Of a DNA stretch of 44,221 nucleotides, positions 41,207 through 44,221 are shown piece after piece. Within the stretch, counting starts at the first letter, position 1; every line of letters starts with the position of its first letter. The translations under genes were made by a program, and so were the position numbers. A model generated the notes under the pieces. That model searched no databases. It saw only the letters and a list, made by a program, of their open reading frames with translations, and was not told where the DNA came from. Source of the DNA: a virus; IMG/VR virus record IMGVR_UViG_3300047160_000952. One strand, written 5' to 3'.

Positions 41207-41809
41207 ATGTCCCGCATTCACACCCCCGAGGGCACCGCCCGTTTCGTCAGCATCCTCACGCCGCGCCAGCGCAAGGACAGCAAGGGCAACGCCCAAGGCG
41301 AGCCGAAGTACGAGATCACCCTGATCTTCGACGACAAGGACGAACTCACCGCCATGCGCAAGGAAGCGCTGGCGGTCGGCGTCGAGAAGTTCGGCACCAA
41401 GTTCTCCGACATGGTCAAGAAGGGCAAGTACCTCTGGCCGTTCAAGGACAACACCGAGATGGTCAACGAGGACGACGAACGCCTCGCCGGCTTCGAGAAC
41501 GACGATGGCGTCTGCGTCAAGTTCAAGACCAAGGACAAGCCGGGCATCGTCGACCAGGACGCCGAGCCGATCATGGACAAGGCCGACATCTACGACGGCA
41601 TGCGCGCCCGCGTGAGCTGCCGTGCGTTCGCCTACGACAACGAGTCCAAGGGCGTGGCGTTCTTCCTCATCAACGTGCAGAAGCTGGGCGACGGCGAGCG
41701 CCTGTCCGGCGACCCCGCTGCCGAGGACGACTTCAAGCCCGTCGCCAAGGGCAAGAAGCCGGCCGCGAAGGGCAAGTCCAAGGCCAGCGACGTTGACGAC
41801 CTGCTGTGA
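41207..41809 (+). CDS. DUF2815-type single-stranded DNA-binding protein (T7 gp2.5-like) with an acidic tail
   Basis: N-terminal pattern TPEGTARFVSILTPRQ...KYEITLIFD. It partners with DUF2800 and DNA polymerase A. The C-terminus is KKPAAKGKSKASDVDDLL. Confidence 0.85.
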   Translation: MSRIHTPEGTARFVSILTPRQRKDSKGNAQGEPKYEITLIFDDKDELTAMRKEALAVGVEKFGTKFSDMVKKGKYLWPFKDNTEMVNEDDERLAGFENDDGVCVKFKTKDKPGIVDQDAEPIMDKADIYDGMRARVSCRAFAYDNESKGVAFFLINVQKLGDGERLSGDPAAEDDFKPVAKGKKPAAKGKSKASDVDDLL

Positions 41810-42054
41810 ACCAGCTCGCCATCATCCTCAACTGCGAGGGCAAGTTCCCGCAAGCCAAGCAACTCGACACGGTGACGGCCATCGGTCGTCTGCCGCGCGG
41901 CATGGTCTCCGGAAAGAGCAGCGTCACGGTCGAGATCACCGCCCCCAACGGCGACAAGACCTACGGCCAGATGTCGCTGGAAATGCTCAACGCCGCCGTG
42001 AGCGCCATGAACGCTCGTGACGACGAAGTGCAGGCCGGTCGGCTCAAGGACTGA
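41806..42054 (+). CDS. Hypothetical protein (82 aa)
   Basis: The GTG start overlaps the SSB stop (GTGA); GC3-biased codons. Confidence 0.7.
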   Translation: MNQLAIILNCEGKFPQAKQLDTVTAIGRLPRGMVSGKSSVTVEITAPNGDKTYGQMSLEMLNAAVSAMNARDDEVQAGRLKD

Positions 42055-42129
42055 TCTTTTCCAGGCACACTGAACGCCTGTCCGGCTCCGCAGCGGTTCT
42101 GCGGTACATCAACCAACGGAGAACCCAAG

Positions 42130-42546
42130 ATGTCCAAGGAAGACGTGGCCGACCTGCTCGGCGAAGACACCAAGCCGGCGAAGAAGGCCGCTGCCAAGAA
42201 GACCCCGGTCAAGGCCGAGAAGGTCGCCAAGGAGAAGCCGGCCAAGGAAGCCGCCAAGCCGGCGAAGAAGGCCGCTGCCAAGAAGACCCCGGTCAAGGCC
42301 GAGAAGGTCGCCAAGGAGAAGCCGGCCAAGGAACCGATCGTCTTCGCCGAGGGCGAGCGCGAGGGCCTGTACAAGCGCATCAAGCAGTTCGTCAAGAAGC
42401 CGATCAACTCGCGCGACCTCGCCGAGAAGCTGGGCATCGCCACCCGCAAGCTGCGCCCGGTGCTGTACAGCCTCCAGGGCCAGGGCGTCGTGACCCTCAA
42501 GCTGGGCTCCAGCAAGGTCGCCGGCATGACCGTGTCGCCGGCCTGA
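42130..42546 (+). CDS. Histone H1-like Lys/Ala/Pro-rich repeat protein with a C-terminal winged-helix-like domain
   Basis: PAKKAAAKKTPVKAEKVAKEKPAKE occurs twice, followed by LYKRIKQFVKKPINSRDLAEKLGIATRKLRPVLYSLQGQGVV. RBS context is AACGGAGAACCCAAGATG. Confidence 0.85.
   Translation: MSKEDVADLLGEDTKPAKKAAAKKTPVKAEKVAKEKPAKEAAKPAKKAAAKKTPVKAEKVAKEKPAKEPIVFAEGEREGLYKRIKQFVKKPINSRDLAEKLGIATRKLRPVLYSLQGQGVVTLKLGSSKVAGMTVSPA
42175..42333 (+). repeat. Perfect 75-bp direct repeat x2 (42175-42249 and 42259-42333; period 84 bp), in frame
   Basis: ccggcgaagaaggccgctgccaagaagaccccggtcaaggccgagaaggtcgccaaggagaagccggccaaggaa is present twice. Confidence 0.9.
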
Positions 42547-42616
42547 CGCCTGCGCGACACTGATGACGCAACGCTGCGGCCTCTTCGGAGGCCGTAGTCA
42601 TCTTCAGGAGTGAGTC

Positions 42617-42835
42617 ATGCCCCTGCTCTTTCCCACCGACCCCGCGCTCAAGCACCGCAACTACAACGGTTCCTGGCGCGCCCGTGAGAAGCCGCACCTT
42701 GTTCGGTACGCCAACGGTGACTGGTTCTGCACGGCTCTCGATAACAACGGGTATCCGTGGTGCGCGATCATGCCGACCGCCAAAGAAGCGTACGACAAGG
42801 TCGTCGGCAACTGCCTCAAGAGGTACAAGCTGTGA
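42617..42835 (+). CDS. Hypothetical protein (72 aa)
   Basis: A CAGGAG RBS is present. The stop overlaps the polymerase GTG start (GTGA). Confidence 0.75.
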   Translation: MPLLFPTDPALKHRNYNGSWRAREKPHLVRYANGDWFCTALDNNGYPWCAIMPTAKEAYDKVVGNCLKRYKL

Positions 42836-44221
42836 TCCCACAAGTCACCATCGACGAGGACATCGGACACCTCGACTACGAAACGTTCTGCGAGCTGGAC
42901 ATCCGCAAGGTCGGTGGCCATCGCTACGCGAAGCACCCGTCGTGTGAAGTGCTGATGGCGTCGTACAAGTTGCCCGGCATGGCCGACGTGGTCACGTGGT
43001 TGCCGTGGTGCGAAGAGCCGCCCGAAGACCTCGTCGAGTACATCGAGAACGGCGGCAAGCTGGGTGCGCACAACGCGTCATTCGAGCGCAACGTCACGGC
43101 CTACGCGCTGTCGCGCATGCACCCCAAGTTCCCCAAGGTCAATAACAACCAATGGGTGTGCACCGCAGCCAAGGCCGCAGCGTCGGGCCTGCCAAGGAGC
43201 TTGGACAAGGCGCTCAAGGCCCTTGAGGCACCCATCGAGAAGAACACCGACGGCACCGCGTTCATCAAGATGTTCTGCAAGCCCCGCAAGCCGACCAAGA
43301 AAGACCCGCGCACGCGCATCCGACCGCGCGACAACTGGCCCGAGTTCGAGAAGGGCATCAGGTACTGCGAGGACGACGTGCGTGGTGAAGAATGGTTGCA
43401 CCACGCCATCCCCGACCTGTCGGCGCGCGAGCAGCGGTTCTTCATCCTGGACATGGTCATGAACGACCGTGGTCTGCCCATCGACATCCCGATGGTAGAG
43501 AAGGCCCTGCGTGTCGTGCAGTCGCTGGAGGCCGACATTGCGGCCGAGGTCGCCAAGCTGTCCGGGGGACTGCGCGCGACCCAGGTGCAGAAGATGCTGG
43601 ACATGTTCGCCAAGCGTGGGCTCGACTTGGAGAACATGAAGAAGATCACCATCGAGAACGCGCTCAAGGATACGACGCTCGACCGCACCACGCGACGACT
43701 GCTGGAGCTGCGGATCGAGGCAGGCAAGGCGTCCACCAAGAAGCTGGTGTCGATGCTGCTGTGCGCTGATCCGTATGAGTGGGTCGTGCAGGGCGGCTTC
43801 CTGTACCACGGTGCCCACACTGGCCGGTACGCGGGTCGTCTGGTGCAACCGCACAACTTCATCCGAGGCATGCTCAAGGCCAACATGCGCGAGTTCATCT
43901 TCGCGCTGCTGGGCATGGACGACGCCGACTACATGCGGATGCTCATCGATGGCGTGCCGTTCCGCGCCAAGGACGGCTTCGCGCTGACCAGCGGCCCGAT
44001 CGACGCCATTAGCCAGTGCATGCGGGGCTTCATCAAGGCGCCCAAGGGCTACGAGTTCGCAGTCGTCGACTACACGGCCATCGAGGCACGGGTGCTGGCG
44101 TGGCTGTGCGACGAAGAGGAGATGCTGCGCGCGTATGAAGCCGGCGTGGACGTGTACAAGCTCATGGCCGCGAAGCTGTACAACATCGCGATCGAGCAGG
44201 TCAGTGACGAGCAACGGCGCA
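42832..44221 (+). CDS. DNA polymerase I (family A) with a 3'-5' exonuclease domain, N-terminal segment; it runs off the window and continues at 98..735
   Basis: My translation from GTG 42832 gives VIPQVTIDEDIGHLDYETFCE (Exo I), GAHNASFE (Exo II), YCEDDV (Exo III) and FAVVDYTAIEARVLAW (motif A). There is no stop before the window end. The total is about 675 aa once joined. Confidence 0.9.
   Translation, partial: MIPQVTIDEDIGHLDYETFCELDIRKVGGHRYAKHPSCEVLMASYKLPGMADVVTWLPWCEEPPEDLVEYIENGGKLGAHNASFERNVTAYALSRMHPKFPKVNNNQWVCTAAKAAASGLPRSLDKALKALEAPIEKNTDGTAFIKMFCKPRKPTKKDPRTRIRPRDNWPEFEKGIRYCEDDVRGEEWLHHAIPDLSAREQRFFILDMVMNDRGLPIDIPMVEKALRVVQSLEADIAAEVAKLSGGLRATQVQKMLDMFAKRGLDLENMKKITIENALKDTTLDRTTRRLLELRIEAGKASTKKLVSMLLCADPYEWVVQGGFLYHGAHTGRYAGRLVQPHNFIRGMLKANMREFIFALLGMDDADYMRMLIDGVPFRAKDGFALTSGPIDAISQCMRGFIKAPKGYEFAVVDYTAIEARVLAWLCDEEEMLRAYEAGVDVYKLMAAKLYNIAIEQVSDEQRR
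44125..44221. repeat. Terminal overlap copy 2 (identical to 1..97)
   Basis: 97/97 identity by eye with the window start. Confidence 0.95.

Noticed and set aside
42175-42333. The 75-bp direct repeats, considered as a possible CRISPR-like or iteron array
   Set aside because: There are only two copies with a 9-bp spacer, they are in frame inside a well-supported gene, and they encode a duplicated Lys/Ala/Pro peptide. It is reported as a coding tandem duplication instead.
43078-44214. 378-aa - strand ORF opposite the DNA polymerase N-terminal half (also 43101..43916)
   Set aside because: Antisense shadow. The + strand frame, absent from the track because it has no stop before the window end, carries Exo I-III and polymerase motif A.
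1-44221. Looked for integrase, CI/Cro-type repressor, tRNA cloverleaves, CRISPR arrays, reverse transcriptase/DGR and toxin modules
   Set aside because: None was recognisable by eye in any frame. Absence cannot be proven without tRNAscan-type and profile searches.

Overview
This window is a complete, roughly 44.1-kb genome of a high-GC tailed phage, captured as a circular assembly. Bases 1-97 are identical to 44125-44221, and the family-A DNA polymerase gene reads in frame across that junction. The phage is siphovirus-like, with an HK97-type head module and a GTA/lambda-J-type tail tip. I saw no integrase, repressor, tRNA or CRISPR array.

Two divergent transcription units leave a control region at about 35.52-35.71 kb. 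The rightward (+) unit carries early and replication genes and runs 35.7 kb -> 44.2 kb -> junction -> 9.0 kb. It includes ParB-like, DUF2800 nuclease, DUF2815 SSB, DNA polymerase, VRR-NUC and SNF2 helicase genes, then a nucleotide/DNA-modification block. The leftward (-) unit runs 35.5 -> 9.08 kb. It carries the primase-helicase, then terS/terL, a portal-MuF fusion, protease-scaffold, capsid, connectors, tail tube, G/GT chaperone, tape measure, GTA-like tail tip, fibers and lysis genes. The two units converge on a bidirectional terminator at 9034-9057. Many genes are joined by ATGA/GTGA start-stop overlaps.

The most interesting content is a compact candidate thymidine-hypermodification system. 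Its core is a ThyA-family enzyme, a P-loop kinase and an aGPT-Pplase-like protein, flanked by an HD 5'-deoxynucleotidase-like protein and DUF3310. A second, clade-1-like aGPT-Pplase sits apart at the head of the packaging operon.

A second notable feature is a family of GGAAC/GTTCC-based iterons and palindromes. They lie downstream of and bracket the primase-helicase gene, and one copy is embedded in frame in the protease-scaffold gene.

All homology statements are motif recognition by eye from the translated ORFs. No database search was run.
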